From contig JAKURM010000003.1 in NCBI GenBank assembly GCA_022449945.1, forward strand, positions 1-61,473: 61,473 bases of DNA, written 5' to 3'. This DNA comes from Candidatus Thalassarchaeum sp. (GTDB lineage: Archaea; Thermoplasmatota; Poseidoniia; Poseidoniales; Thalassarchaeaceae). Below, piece after piece: positions 25,535-34,909 of the stretch. Numbering within the stretch: the stretch's first letter is position 1; each line of letters begins with the position of its first letter. The notes beneath the pieces are model-generated. The model was not told the DNA's origin, did not search any database, and saw only the letters and a list, made by a program, of their open reading frames with translations. Both the position numbers and the translations under genes were made by a program.

Positions 25535-26809
25535 ATGCTTGACATGTCCATGTTCAGGGACCATGCGGACGTTATTCGAGCCGACCACGACCGTAGAGGG
25601 CTATCCCATGACTCGATTGACGAGGTCATCCGACTGGACGACGAATGGCGTAGATCACGATACGATGCAGACCAGTTACGGAAGCAGCGTAACGAAGCGG
25701 CTAGGGGCATTGCAGAGGCCAAGAAGTCTGGAGATGAGTCTGCTGCGAATGAAATACTGGAGCGGGTTACGGACATAGGGGCGAAGATCGACGAGCTTTC
25801 CTTGTACTCCGATGAGTGTCTATCGAAGAGGGATTCCCTAAGAATGGGGATTCCCAACATCCTACATGATGACGTACCAGTGGGTGAAGACGACCAGAAG
25901 AACACGTTGCTCAGCCTTCATGGTGAGAAGTCAGAGATGAAATTCGAGCCACGAAACCACAATGACCTGATCGAGTTGAATGGTTGGGTAGACCTTTCAA
26001 GGGGAGCAAAGGTTGCCGGTAGTCGGTTCTACTTCATGCAAGGAGACCTTGCTAGGTTGGATATGGCCTTGCAGCAATATGGCTCAGACTTCCTGATAGA
26101 GAGAGGATACACTCTGGTTCAACCACCGCTGATGATGAATCGAGAGGCGTACGAGGGAGTCACGGACCTGAGTGATTTCGAGACTGTGATGTATGGGATA
26201 AAGCCGGACGAATACTACCTGATAGCAACCAGCGAGCATCCTCTAACGGCCATGCGGATGGACGAGATTATCGAGCCATCCGAGTTGCCAATCAAGCTCG
26301 TCGGAGTCTCTCCCTGCTTCAGGAGAGAGGTTGGTGCACACGGCCTATCGGACAGGGGGATATGGAGGGTGCATCAGTTCACCAAGGTGGAGCAGATCGT
26401 AATCTGCAACCCGGATGAATCATGGGATCATCACGAGGATCTTCTGACCAATGCAATCGACCTATGGGACAGTCTTGGACTGCACTATAGGGTAGTCAAT
26501 ATTTGCACTGGCGATATGGGTACTGTAGCCTCTAGGAAGTACGACCTAGAGGCTTGGCTGCCAGGTGCAGGGTCATACAAGGAAGTCGTCTCCTGCTCAA
26601 ACTGCACGGACTACCAAGCCAATCGACTTAGGATGAGGTACAGGACGTCTGAAGGAAACTCGGCTGTCCACACCCTCAACTCCACTGCGATTGCAACAAG
26701 CAGGGCCCTGGTTGCTATCATGGAGCAGTACCAGAACGAAGACGGGACAGTGGCCGTGCCTGAAGTACTGAGGCCCTATATGGGGAAGGAAATCCTCGAA
26801 TCGCTCTAG
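25535..26809 (+). CDS. serS: Seryl-tRNA synthetase
   Basis: An N-terminal coiled coil, then class II motifs FRRE (SPCFRREVGAHG), TSEHPL and the NSTAIATSRALVAIMEQYQ tail. Start at ATG 25535 (MLDMSMFRD). Confidence 0.95.
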   Translation: MLDMSMFRDHADVIRADHDRRGLSHDSIDEVIRLDDEWRRSRYDADQLRKQRNEAARGIAEAKKSGDESAANEILERVTDIGAKIDELSLYSDECLSKRDSLRMGIPNILHDDVPVGEDDQKNTLLSLHGEKSEMKFEPRNHNDLIELNGWVDLSRGAKVAGSRFYFMQGDLARLDMALQQYGSDFLIERGYTLVQPPLMMNREAYEGVTDLSDFETVMYGIKPDEYYLIATSEHPLTAMRMDEIIEPSELPIKLVGVSPCFRREVGAHGLSDRGIWRVHQFTKVEQIVICNPDESWDHHEDLLTNAIDLWDSLGLHYRVVNICTGDMGTVASRKYDLEAWLPGAGSYKEVVSCSNCTDYQANRLRMRYRTSEGNSAVHTLNSTAIATSRALVAIMEQYQNEDGTVAVPEVLRPYMGKEILESL

Positions 26810-26823
26810 ATTTCCCAGTTTTG

Positions 26824-27324
26824 CTAGTCCCCTATCTCGACCAGTACGCTTCCCATGTCGACTCGATCACCCTTTCCATAGTGAAGTCTGGTTATCTCGC
26901 CAGACTTGGGAGAGGTAATCCTGTGTTCCATCTTCATCGCCTCCAGGACCATGAGGGCTTGTCCCTCGCGTACCCTCTGTCCCTCCTTGACCATCAAATC
27001 CAGTATCGTTCCAGGCATAGGGGCAGTCAGCGCCCCCTCGTCTTTCGAAGCGCTTCCGCTGCCTTGCTCGAGTAAGTTGACGACATGGGCCCTGCCATCG
27101 ATGTGAATCCACCAAGAGTCGCCATCACGGGCAACGTGAGCGATCATCTGGTTGCCATCGACCTCAACGGACAGTCGACCTTGTTGCGAGTCTGCAGAAA
27201 TTGCTGCGTCGGGAGGATGCACTTCCATGCCGTCCCTGGACATTGAGGAAACATGGATGCTGCCGTCCCTATCCTCAAGGGTGGGTTTGTACCTAGAGTT
27301 TCCAGATGAGACGCTCCACTCCAT
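26824..27324 (-). CDS. Biotin carboxyl carrier domain protein with N-terminal BT-like beta region
   Basis: Biotinylation motif EAMKME. The N-terminal ~90 aa (RLSVEVDGNQMIAHVARDGDSWWIHIDGRAHVV) resemble the BT domain of MCC/PCC alpha subunits. A strong SD, GAGGTGAT, overlaps the upstream TGA. Confidence 0.85.
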   Translation of the reverse strand: MEWSVSSGNSRYKPTLEDRDGSIHVSSMSRDGMEVHPPDAAISADSQQGRLSVEVDGNQMIAHVARDGDSWWIHIDGRAHVVNLLEQGSGSASKDEGALTAPMPGTILDLMVKEGQRVREGQALMVLEAMKMEHRITSPKSGEITRLHYGKGDRVDMGSVLVEIGD

Positions 27325-27333
27325 AATATCACC

Positions 27334-28884
27334 TCAGGGGAACGTCCTCCTAAGTGTCCTGAATGGGTCTCCCTGGTGGCCAGTGTGTTCGTCCACTGCC
27401 TCGCCTGAATCATTTCTAGCGCTCCCAAGTCCCAGCCTCTGGGCCGCAGCGGCGATAGCGACTAGCGTGCCCTCGTCATATTCTTCTCCATCTAACTCTC
27501 TGGGGTCGGAGTTGTCGAGGAAGTCAGTGTCGATGCTACCGTCACGGAACGAGGCATGGTTGAGGGCATTTCGAAGGAATTCTATGTTGGTTGTGACCCC
27601 AAGGGCTACAAATTCGCTCAGTGCAGCGTCCATCCTCCGTATCGCTGCCCCTCTGTTAGGGGCATGAACTATCAGCTTAGCTAGCATTGGGTCGAAGTCA
27701 ATCGTGACCTCGTCTCCCTCCCTCACTCCTGAGTCGACTCTGATTCCTGGTCCCGATGGCTGGCGCCACATAGATAGCTTCCCAGTGGAAGGAAGGAAGC
27801 CGCTTCTGGGGTCCTCTGCGTATATCCTCGCCTCGATTGAGTGTCCGTTCTGGCTCACCTCATGTTGCTCGAATCCTATGCCTAGACCAGCGGCAACCTC
27901 GAACTGCTTCTGAACAAGATCCACCCCTGTTGTCATCTCCGTCACGGGGTGCTCGACCTGTAGTCGGGTGTTCATCTCCAGGAAGTAGAAATCCCCATTG
28001 CTAGCGAGAAGGAACTCGACGGTTCCGGCTCCGACGTATCCGACGGACATAGCAGCGGTTACTGCAGCTTGCCCCATCTCCTCCCTCTTGCTGCCAGAGA
28101 CCGCAGGCGAGGGAGCCTCCTCTATCACCTTCTGGTACCTCCTCTGAAGTGAGCAGTCCCTCTCATTGAGGTGGACTGCCTTTCCATGGCTGTCGCAGAG
28201 TACCTGAATCTCAACGTGTTTCGCGTTTCGTAACAACCTCTCGACGTACACCGTTCCATCGCCGAATGCCGCGGAGGCCTCTCTCGCTGCCGCCTCGTAC
28301 TCTGAGCGTAGCGACTTAGGCTCGCTGACTGCTCGCATCCCCTTTCCTCCGCCTCCTGCGCTTGCTTTGAGGAGAAGGGGGTAGCCAACCCTGGCTGCCG
28401 AGATGGCCAGGTTGCCGAGGTGGTCAGCACCATCCTCCACCGGTACTTCCTCTCCGGGGATAACGGGTACTCCCGAGTCGATCATTAGCCTTCGAGCGGA
28501 AATCTTGTCTCCCATTGTCTCTATCGCCTCTGCAGGAGGCCCAATCCACACGATTCCCGAGGATTCGACCTCCCTGGCGAAGCCGGCCCTCTCAGACAGG
28601 AAACCATAGCCAGGGTGTATCGCGTCCGCCTCACATGACTTGGCGGCCTCGATAATCGCACTCCCGTTCAGGTATGTCTGGTCGAGGGTGTCTCCAACAA
28701 TTCGAACGGCCTCATCTGCTACCTCGACGTGGAGCGAGGATGCATCTGAATCGCTATACATGGCAACGCCGACTAAACCAGACTCTCGGGCTGCCCTGAG
28801 GATTCTAACTGCTATCTCTCCCCTGTTTGCCACTAGGACCTTGGAAAACGGCCTGGGCGAGCCCTCCATCCATTCTGGAGGCAT
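27334..28884 (-). CDS. Biotin carboxylase subunit of an acyl-CoA carboxylase (MCC/PCC alpha-like, lacking BCCP)
   Basis: KVLVANRGEIAVRI, the ATP-grasp GGGGKGMR, EMNTRLQVEHPVTE and IEARIYAED. Confidence 0.9.
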   Translation of the reverse strand: MPPEWMEGSPRPFSKVLVANRGEIAVRILRAARESGLVGVAMYSDSDASSLHVEVADEAVRIVGDTLDQTYLNGSAIIEAAKSCEADAIHPGYGFLSERAGFAREVESSGIVWIGPPAEAIETMGDKISARRLMIDSGVPVIPGEEVPVEDGADHLGNLAISAARVGYPLLLKASAGGGGKGMRAVSEPKSLRSEYEAAAREASAAFGDGTVYVERLLRNAKHVEIQVLCDSHGKAVHLNERDCSLQRRYQKVIEEAPSPAVSGSKREEMGQAAVTAAMSVGYVGAGTVEFLLASNGDFYFLEMNTRLQVEHPVTEMTTGVDLVQKQFEVAAGLGIGFEQHEVSQNGHSIEARIYAEDPRSGFLPSTGKLSMWRQPSGPGIRVDSGVREGDEVTIDFDPMLAKLIVHAPNRGAAIRRMDAALSEFVALGVTTNIEFLRNALNHASFRDGSIDTDFLDNSDPRELDGEEYDEGTLVAIAAAAQRLGLGSARNDSGEAVDEHTGHQGDPFRTLRRTFP

Positions 28885-28886
28885 GC

Positions 28887-29756
28887 TCAGACTTCCCCGT
28901 CCTCAGGGGACCATGCGGGCTTCCTTCCCTCGAGGAACGCAGATAGTCCCTCCTGGCCCTCTGAAGAGCCTCGCATCCTGCTTGTTAGATCGAGTGTCCA
29001 TAGTCTGAGGGACTCATCGTCCCCTTCCCACCGGTCTAGTTCTGCAACCATTCTCTTGGCTGAAGTAACAGACATTGGGCCCGAAGTCAGAACGTCTGCA
29101 GCTACTGAGTCAGCTGAATTGTGCATCGACTCTGTCGAATCAGCAATCTCGTCGATGAATCCAACCCTGAGAGCCTCCTCTGCGTCTATCCTGGAAGCGA
29201 GCATCGCTAGCCTTCGGAACTGGGCGCTACCCAGCCTTCGATGAACGTAGGGGCCGATTACGGCTGCCGAGATTCCAAGCTTGGCCTCGGAGAGGGCTAT
29301 CTGGGTTCGGGGTTCCCCGATGACGTGGTCTACGCACGCCACTAATCCAGCCCCTCCTCCGAGGGCAACTCCCTGGACACAGGCAATGGTGAAGCACGGG
29401 TGAGACCAAAGGCCGTGGAAGAGGCTGTCAAGTCTCTCTGCGTCGGCCCGATTCTCCTCTGGGCTCTTACTGCCCCCTTCCCTCATCATGTTGATGTCGG
29501 CACCAGCGCAGAAGTGCCTCCCATCAGACCTCAATAGTAGGGTTCTGAGGTACTTTGAGCCGTTCTTGTCGACCAATTCTGATCTCTCGCCTACTGACCT
29601 AAGGGATGTCCACTCCAGAAGGTAGGTGAGTTCTCTTATCAGTTGCACATTAAGGGCGTTGTGAACGTCCGTTCTCGTAAGTGAAATTGTGGCCATGGGG
29701 CCATCGATCTCTAGGGAGCAAAGCTCTGTTTCTGGGGTATCGTCGGTCATCAGCAA
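28887..29756 (-). CDS. Enoyl-CoA hydratase/crotonase family protein (methylglutaconyl-CoA hydratase-like by context)
   Basis: HFCAGADINMM and ACVQGVALGGGAGLVACVDH are crotonase oxyanion-hole blocks. The gene sits between the carboxylase subunits. Confidence 0.8.
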   Translation of the reverse strand: MLMTDDTPETELCSLEIDGPMATISLTRTDVHNALNVQLIRELTYLLEWTSLRSVGERSELVDKNGSKYLRTLLLRSDGRHFCAGADINMMREGGSKSPEENRADAERLDSLFHGLWSHPCFTIACVQGVALGGGAGLVACVDHVIGEPRTQIALSEAKLGISAAVIGPYVHRRLGSAQFRRLAMLASRIDAEEALRVGFIDEIADSTESMHNSADSVAADVLTSGPMSVTSAKRMVAELDRWEGDDESLRLWTLDLTSRMRGSSEGQEGLSAFLEGRKPAWSPEDGEV

Positions 29757-29760
29757 TCAA

Positions 29761-31320
29761 TCACATCCTGAACACGCCGTATCCCGTGTCCGGCATCGGG
29801 GAGTTGAGGCTCGCGGAAATACATAGCCCAAGCACGTCTCTTGTGTCCCTTGGGTCTATGACCCCGTCGTCCCAGAGACGTGCTGTAGAGTAGTACGGGT
29901 TGCTCTCGCTCTCGTACTTCTCCCGGATATCGTCTGGATTTGCGTTACCGACTGCTGAGAGCACGCTTGCAGCCTGCTCGCCGCCCATCACGCTGATTCT
30001 TGCGTTGGGCCACATGAACAGGAACCGCGGGTCGTAGGCACGGCCGCACATGCCGTAGTTTCCGGCCCCATGGGATCCTCCTATGATCACTGTGAACTTG
30101 GGAACAGGTACACATGATACTGCAGTGACTAGCTTGGCGCCGTCCTTGGCTATTCCTCCCGCTTCGGCGTCCCTTCCGACCATGAAGCCAGTAATGTTCT
30201 GCAGGAAGACTAGGGGGACTCCTCGCTGACCGCATAGTTCAACGAAGTGTGCTCCCTTTAGGGAAGACTCGGAGAAAAGGATTCCATTGTTCGCGACTAT
30301 TCCCACGGGGTAGCCGTGAATCCTCGCAAACCCACAGACCAAGGTGTTCCCGTACCTTTGCTTGAACTCGTGGAACCTGGAACCGTCGGTGATTCGAGAG
30401 ATTACCTCTCGAACGTCGTAGGGCGTCCGGTTGTCGACAGGGATGATTCCCATTAGGTCCTCGACGTCGTGGTGGGGTTCCTCTGGCTCAGAGGAGTCCA
30501 ATCTGTGCTTTGGTGAGACGTTCAGATTCTCGACGATGTTGCGCACCATGCGGAGAGCCTCGGCCTCGTCCTCTGCGTAGTGATCAGCGACTCCGGACTC
30601 GGTGGTATGCAACTCGGCCCCTCCGAGTTCCTGTGAAGTAACCTCTTCTCCCGTTGCTGCCTTCACCAGAGGAGGTCCGGCAAGGAAAATAGTCCCGTTA
30701 CCCTTGACGATTATCGACTCGTCGGACATAGCAGGGATGTAGGCGCCGCCTGCGGTACAAGAACCGAGAACGGCGGCTACCTGTGGGATTCCCTTGCTGG
30801 ACAGGATGGCCTGGTTCCTGAAAATTCGTCCGAAGTGCAGCTTGTCTGGGAAGACCTCGTCCTGCATTGGAAGAAACGCTCCTCCGGAGTCGACTAGGTA
30901 GATGCAAGGTAGGTTGTTCTGCTCGGCTATCTCCTGTGCGCGAATGTGCTTCTTGACGGTCATCGGATAGTAGGAGCCTCCCTTTATTGTGGCGTCGTTG
31001 GCTACGAACATACACTCCTTTCCATGTACGACTCCCACTCCAGTAACGATTCCCGCTGAGTGGGCCCTCCCGTCGTACAGTCCGTGTGCGGCTAGCGAGG
31101 ATGCCTCCAAGAAGGGAGTTCCGGGATCGCAGACGTCTTGTATCCTCTCCCTCGGTAGGCTCTTTCCCCTTTCCCTGTGCCTCTGAACGTGCCTATCTTC
31201 TCCACCACGCCTAACTGCGTCCAGTTTCTCCCTCAACTCATCTACTAGAGCTAGGTTCTTGTCCCTGCCTGACTCGAAATCGCTACTAGCTCGGTCGACC
31301 CTAGTTGGCAGCCTGTCCAT
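29761..31320 (-). CDS. Acyl-CoA carboxylase carboxyltransferase (beta) subunit, methylcrotonyl-/propionyl-CoA type
   Basis: [43 protein letters not shown] and [18 protein letters not shown] are typical carboxyltransferase blocks. Confidence 0.9.
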   Translation of the reverse strand: MDRLPTRVDRASSDFESGRDKNLALVDELREKLDAVRRGGEDRHVQRHRERGKSLPRERIQDVCDPGTPFLEASSLAAHGLYDGRAHSAGIVTGVGVVHGKECMFVANDATIKGGSYYPMTVKKHIRAQEIAEQNNLPCIYLVDSGGAFLPMQDEVFPDKLHFGRIFRNQAILSSKGIPQVAAVLGSCTAGGAYIPAMSDESIIVKGNGTIFLAGPPLVKAATGEEVTSQELGGAELHTTESGVADHYAEDEAEALRMVRNIVENLNVSPKHRLDSSEPEEPHHDVEDLMGIIPVDNRTPYDVREVISRITDGSRFHEFKQRYGNTLVCGFARIHGYPVGIVANNGILFSESSLKGAHFVELCGQRGVPLVFLQNITGFMVGRDAEAGGIAKDGAKLVTAVSCVPVPKFTVIIGGSHGAGNYGMCGRAYDPRFLFMWPNARISVMGGEQAASVLSAVGNANPDDIREKYESESNPYYSTARLWDDGVIDPRDTRDVLGLCISASLNSPMPDTGYGVFRM

Positions 31321-31388
31321 GTCGCTCGACGCATCCGTGAGGCAGACTAGCCTTCAATTGAGTGGATTGGCAGTTAACCATAGGCGGG

Positions 31389-32720
31389 TTAGACGCCCAG
31401 AGTCAGACGGCCGACGTCCCGGAGTCCCGGGGCCATCCCTACCACAAGCATCGCCACACCTACCAACAAGCGGAGGTGCCTCTCTCTGTACTCGAAATTC
31501 AGAATTGAGAAGAGGTAGTAGATCAGTCCTGCCAGCCCGGCTTTTACAAGAGCGAATAACCAGACTCCTTCGTCCAATATCCAGTGGTCAATACCGAGCT
31601 CTCCGTTGAGCCATAGTCCTGCGTCAATCACCTTCTGAGAGACGACATGCTTCTCGGAAAGTCCTGGGAACCCATCGATGCCGATCCATGTCGCGATTCC
31701 GTCCATCAGCTGCCCGGCAACAGCGAGGAAAACGAGTGGTTGTGCCATTGTCGCTCTAGCTCTAAGGCTCTCGATCATATCCTTGTCCTCGGAATCTGTG
31801 AGTTTCGTGTATTCCTCGTCTGTCATCCCAGGTGGGAGAATACCTGCCACCAGGCCATGGCTCGATAGTTCATCTGATGCTTCCTTTCCGTAGGAGTACA
31901 TGTTGTATGCGAACCAGGTAGGTATGACTATCACAGCGAACAGAGGCCAAATCCTCTCTGGCTCGGGAGGTCTTTCGAAGGCATAAGAGGCGAGTGCACC
32001 AAGGAAAATCATCGAGCCTCCGATTCCAACGAGGTAGACCATCCTCTGCACTGGGGTGAAGTCCATAGTTGAGTCTCTAGAAATCCTGATGAAGACTATC
32101 CCTAGAGCTGTTGAGAGGAACATGGGGGCCATGTCTATGTCGAAAAGTGCAACCTTGCCACTAGCCGAAATCGATGTTCCGTATAGGGCGAACTGAGCGA
32201 AAACAAGGATTAGAGCCATGGACTCTAGATTCTCTCTCGACTGGTCGTCATCCCCTCTCAATCGCTCGTTTGTCATGGCAATTGCTCCTGCCAAGATTAC
32301 CCAAAATGCCGCTTGGAAGTGGATTCCGGGGCTGACGAAGTAGGGAGAAAGAGCGGGTCCGAACATCTCTGCGTCCTCTACCACCTCTCCGAAGGCGGCC
32401 CAAGTCACGAAGGGAAGCAGGGCGACTACACTCGCATCGCTGGGGTCTACACCAAGGCCCCTCAGCCAGGCGGACATCGCGAGGACGAAGAGTCCCAGTA
32501 CCAGGGCATAGGTCATCGTGTTGTAGTTGTTGTAGCCCGAATCTCCCGTAGACTCCCCTCTGATCGGGTCAACGAAATATTGGAAGAGCGCTTCGGAAAG
32601 TGGGTTTGAGATTCCTAGAAAATGCAGGCTGAGGCCGGCGAAAATTAGCGCGAAGACCGTCACAAGGGCGTTAATGGCCCATTTCTCATATGGGTGCAGT
32701 TCTTCTAGCGGATTGTACAC
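31389..32720 (-). CDS. Polytopic membrane protein, unknown function (possibly DUF63-like)
   Basis: 443 aa with about 10 hydrophobic helices. The family assignment is only an impression. Confidence 0.45.
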   Translation of the reverse strand: MYNPLEELHPYEKWAINALVTVFALIFAGLSLHFLGISNPLSEALFQYFVDPIRGESTGDSGYNNYNTMTYALVLGLFVLAMSAWLRGLGVDPSDASVVALLPFVTWAAFGEVVEDAEMFGPALSPYFVSPGIHFQAAFWVILAGAIAMTNERLRGDDDQSRENLESMALILVFAQFALYGTSISASGKVALFDIDMAPMFLSTALGIVFIRISRDSTMDFTPVQRMVYLVGIGGSMIFLGALASYAFERPPEPERIWPLFAVIVIPTWFAYNMYSYGKEASDELSSHGLVAGILPPGMTDEEYTKLTDSEDKDMIESLRARATMAQPLVFLAVAGQLMDGIATWIGIDGFPGLSEKHVVSQKVIDAGLWLNGELGIDHWILDEGVWLFALVKAGLAGLIYYLFSILNFEYRERHLRLLVGVAMLVVGMAPGLRDVGRLTLGV

Positions 32721-32763
32721 GATTCGGCGAAGGGCGTGCCTCGCTTATGCATGACGGTATGAC

Positions 32764-33447
32764 CTACTCCTCGCCGTAGGAAACACTCTCGCCATCTTCC
32801 AGCTCCAGGGGTTCGCTCTTCATCCTCCTCTCGCGTGCCTCTGAGAAACCTGGAACCATCGCTTCGAAGGAGCCTGGTCGTTCAGAAGTCCGATCTTGGA
32901 ATGAGTCAAGGTTTTTCGATCTTAGTCGTTGCTTCTTCCTGTCCTGCTCGAGACCGTATAGGACAGTGCCGTGTTCCGAACCTCCCAATATCCCCTCTAT
33001 CGCAGGTGTGGCCAGAGCAAGTCCTTCGTTGTCCCCAATCACAGCGACTGTTGATCCATATATCGATATCTCACAACTAGTCAGTTCCTCGATCAGAGTC
33101 CTTATTCGGCCATTTGTGCCAATGAGCCTGCTTCTCATCCTGCGAGTCTGGTTGGGTTGCTTTCCGACCCATTCTCTTATGTCGTAAAGCCGCAAAAATA
33201 CCTCGTCCTCGAGAAGTTGGACGGCCCTGGATGGTGCTATTCCCCTTCCAATCGCCGTGATGACGTCCGGGGCTTTCATCCTCCTTACTGGGTCGGGCTC
33301 GTCATTCCAATCTATGGAAACGTCCCCTGTCTGCGAGTCGATGGATATCTCTCCTCCGCAGGCTTCGCCAATCAGTCTCCTCGTCTCGCCTGACTTGCCT
33401 ATCAGAACGGCAATCCTGTCCCTTGGGACCCTACACAGGTGCTCCAT
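32764..33447 (-). CDS. KH-domain RNA-binding protein (archaeal Dim2/Pno1-like)
   Basis: Two KH-like GxxG cores (IGKSGETRRLI and IGTNGRIRTLI). It sits in the conserved archaeal aIF1A-Rio-KH neighbourhood. Confidence 0.75.
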   Translation of the reverse strand: MEHLCRVPRDRIAVLIGKSGETRRLIGEACGGEISIDSQTGDVSIDWNDEPDPVRRMKAPDVITAIGRGIAPSRAVQLLEDEVFLRLYDIREWVGKQPNQTRRMRSRLIGTNGRIRTLIEELTSCEISIYGSTVAVIGDNEGLALATPAIEGILGGSEHGTVLYGLEQDRKKQRLRSKNLDSFQDRTSERPGSFEAMVPGFSEARERRMKSEPLELEDGESVSYGEE

Positions 33448-33473
33448 GTCTGCGGCCGGCCCGCCGTCCCGCT

Positions 33474-34355
33474 TTAATCCACTCTTGGTGGGAGTTTTGG
33501 CACTGGGCCGTCAAGAACCCTGACTAGGCTATCGGCTACATTCGCCTCGAGCCCTTGTCGTCTTAGCCACTCTGTAAGCCTCGTGACGTCTCTGACCAGG
33601 AACTCGTTCGCACTGGGGTGCCTTGTTGTTACTGCCTGTCCCACATCTATCACCCATGGCTTCCCTTCACGCCAGAGGATGTTGTACTCGCTGAAATCGG
33701 CATGTACCAGATCGCAGGTCTGCCAGATAATTGCTAATGTCTCCAGAAGCTCGTTGAATACTTCTTGGGGTTCCTCTATCTTAATGTCCTTCAGCCTCGG
33801 ACTCGCTGACTCTTCGTCGCCGATGAATTCCATCACTAGCACATTCTTCAGGCTGAACATTGGCTGGGGGACCCTGATTCCGTGCTTCCGCAACCTCTTG
33901 AGGTTCCTGAACTCCTTCCTTACCCAGATGTTGACCAGTTCTCTGTGCCTCCTGGAAAGGCCAGAGAACCTGGGGTCCCCGTCGATGTACTTCGCTAGTC
34001 CCTTGAAAACCGCGTTTGTGGTGTGGAAGATCTTTACTGCCAGAGGTCCACTCTTCGAAGTGGCCCGGAAGACGTGTGCCTCCTTTCCCCTGGCTATGGG
34101 ATAGTCGATCGTTTCTATGTCTCCCTGCTGCATTAGCTTGTGGAGTGCAAGCAGGGTGGATCTATCGAAGACCTGGTCGAAGACCCGCCTGTCGACCCAT
34201 TCGAAGCGTCCCTTCCCCATAACTCCCTGGAGGGAGTCTTCGATGTCGTCGAACATTCGCTTGTACTTGGGCTCTGATATCCATTCGTGCTTCCTCTCCG
34301 ACTTCAGAAGCCTGTCCATATCGGGCTCCTCGTCCCATTCCCCTTCCCGAGGCAT
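33474..34355 (-). CDS. rio1: RIO-type serine/threonine protein kinase
   Basis: GKEAHVF...AVKIFHT, LVHADFSEYNIL and VIDVGQAV are RIO kinase blocks. Start moved to ATG 34355, where GGTGA lies 4 nt upstream and the ATG is just after the aIF1A stop. Confidence 0.85.
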   Translation of the reverse strand: MPREGEWDEEPDMDRLLKSERKHEWISEPKYKRMFDDIEDSLQGVMGKGRFEWVDRRVFDQVFDRSTLLALHKLMQQGDIETIDYPIARGKEAHVFRATSKSGPLAVKIFHTTNAVFKGLAKYIDGDPRFSGLSRRHRELVNIWVRKEFRNLKRLRKHGIRVPQPMFSLKNVLVMEFIGDEESASPRLKDIKIEEPQEVFNELLETLAIIWQTCDLVHADFSEYNILWREGKPWVIDVGQAVTTRHPSANEFLVRDVTRLTEWLRRQGLEANVADSLVRVLDGPVPKLPPRVD

Positions 34356-34359
34356 CTTC

Positions 34360-34866
34360 TCACCCGAAGAAGGAGTCAATGTCGTCCCCATCGTCCTCGA
34401 CGACCGTTTCCGGAGCTTCTGACTCCTCTGTGTCCTCTTCCCCCACTGGAGACTCCTCCTCTGTGGGTTCCTGTTCTTCCGTCTCGGTAATGTCTTCGTC
34501 CTGGCTCATTCCAAACAGGTCGACAATCTCTGGAAGGACGCCCTTTCTAGACAGGTATAGAGACTGGGTCTTGGTGTAGCGCATCACTACGTTGGCCTTC
34601 TCGTCTTGGAACTCCCACGGCTGGATGACAATAAGATCGCCCTCCCTGACCCACTGCCTGCGCCTCATCTTTCCTGGAATTCTGGAGAGTCTAGTCTCTC
34701 CGTCCTCGCAGACTGCGCGGACCCTACGACCACCTAGAATCTGGTCTGCTATGGCGAACATCTCGTTCACCTTACGTTTCGGCAGGGGAACTCTGATCCT
34801 GTCTCCGCCGCCTGACTCCATCTGAGCTAGGAGTTCGGTGTCTACGGATTCTTCCCTTCGGGCCAC
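34360..34866 (-). CDS. eif1a: Translation initiation factor aIF-1A with acidic C-terminal tail
   Basis: RVPLPKRKVNEMFAIADQILGGRRVRAVCEDGETRLSRIPGKMRRRQWVREGDLIVIQPWEFQDEKANVVMRY forms an S1-like OB fold of the eIF1A type. Confidence 0.85.
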   Translation of the reverse strand: MARREESVDTELLAQMESGGGDRIRVPLPKRKVNEMFAIADQILGGRRVRAVCEDGETRLSRIPGKMRRRQWVREGDLIVIQPWEFQDEKANVVMRYTKTQSLYLSRKGVLPEIVDLFGMSQDEDITETEEQEPTEEESPVGEEDTEESEAPETVVEDDGDDIDSFFG

Positions 34867-34909
34867 GCGTTGCGGTCAAGGGGCACCTATGTGAAGTTGA
34901 GCCTGTCCC

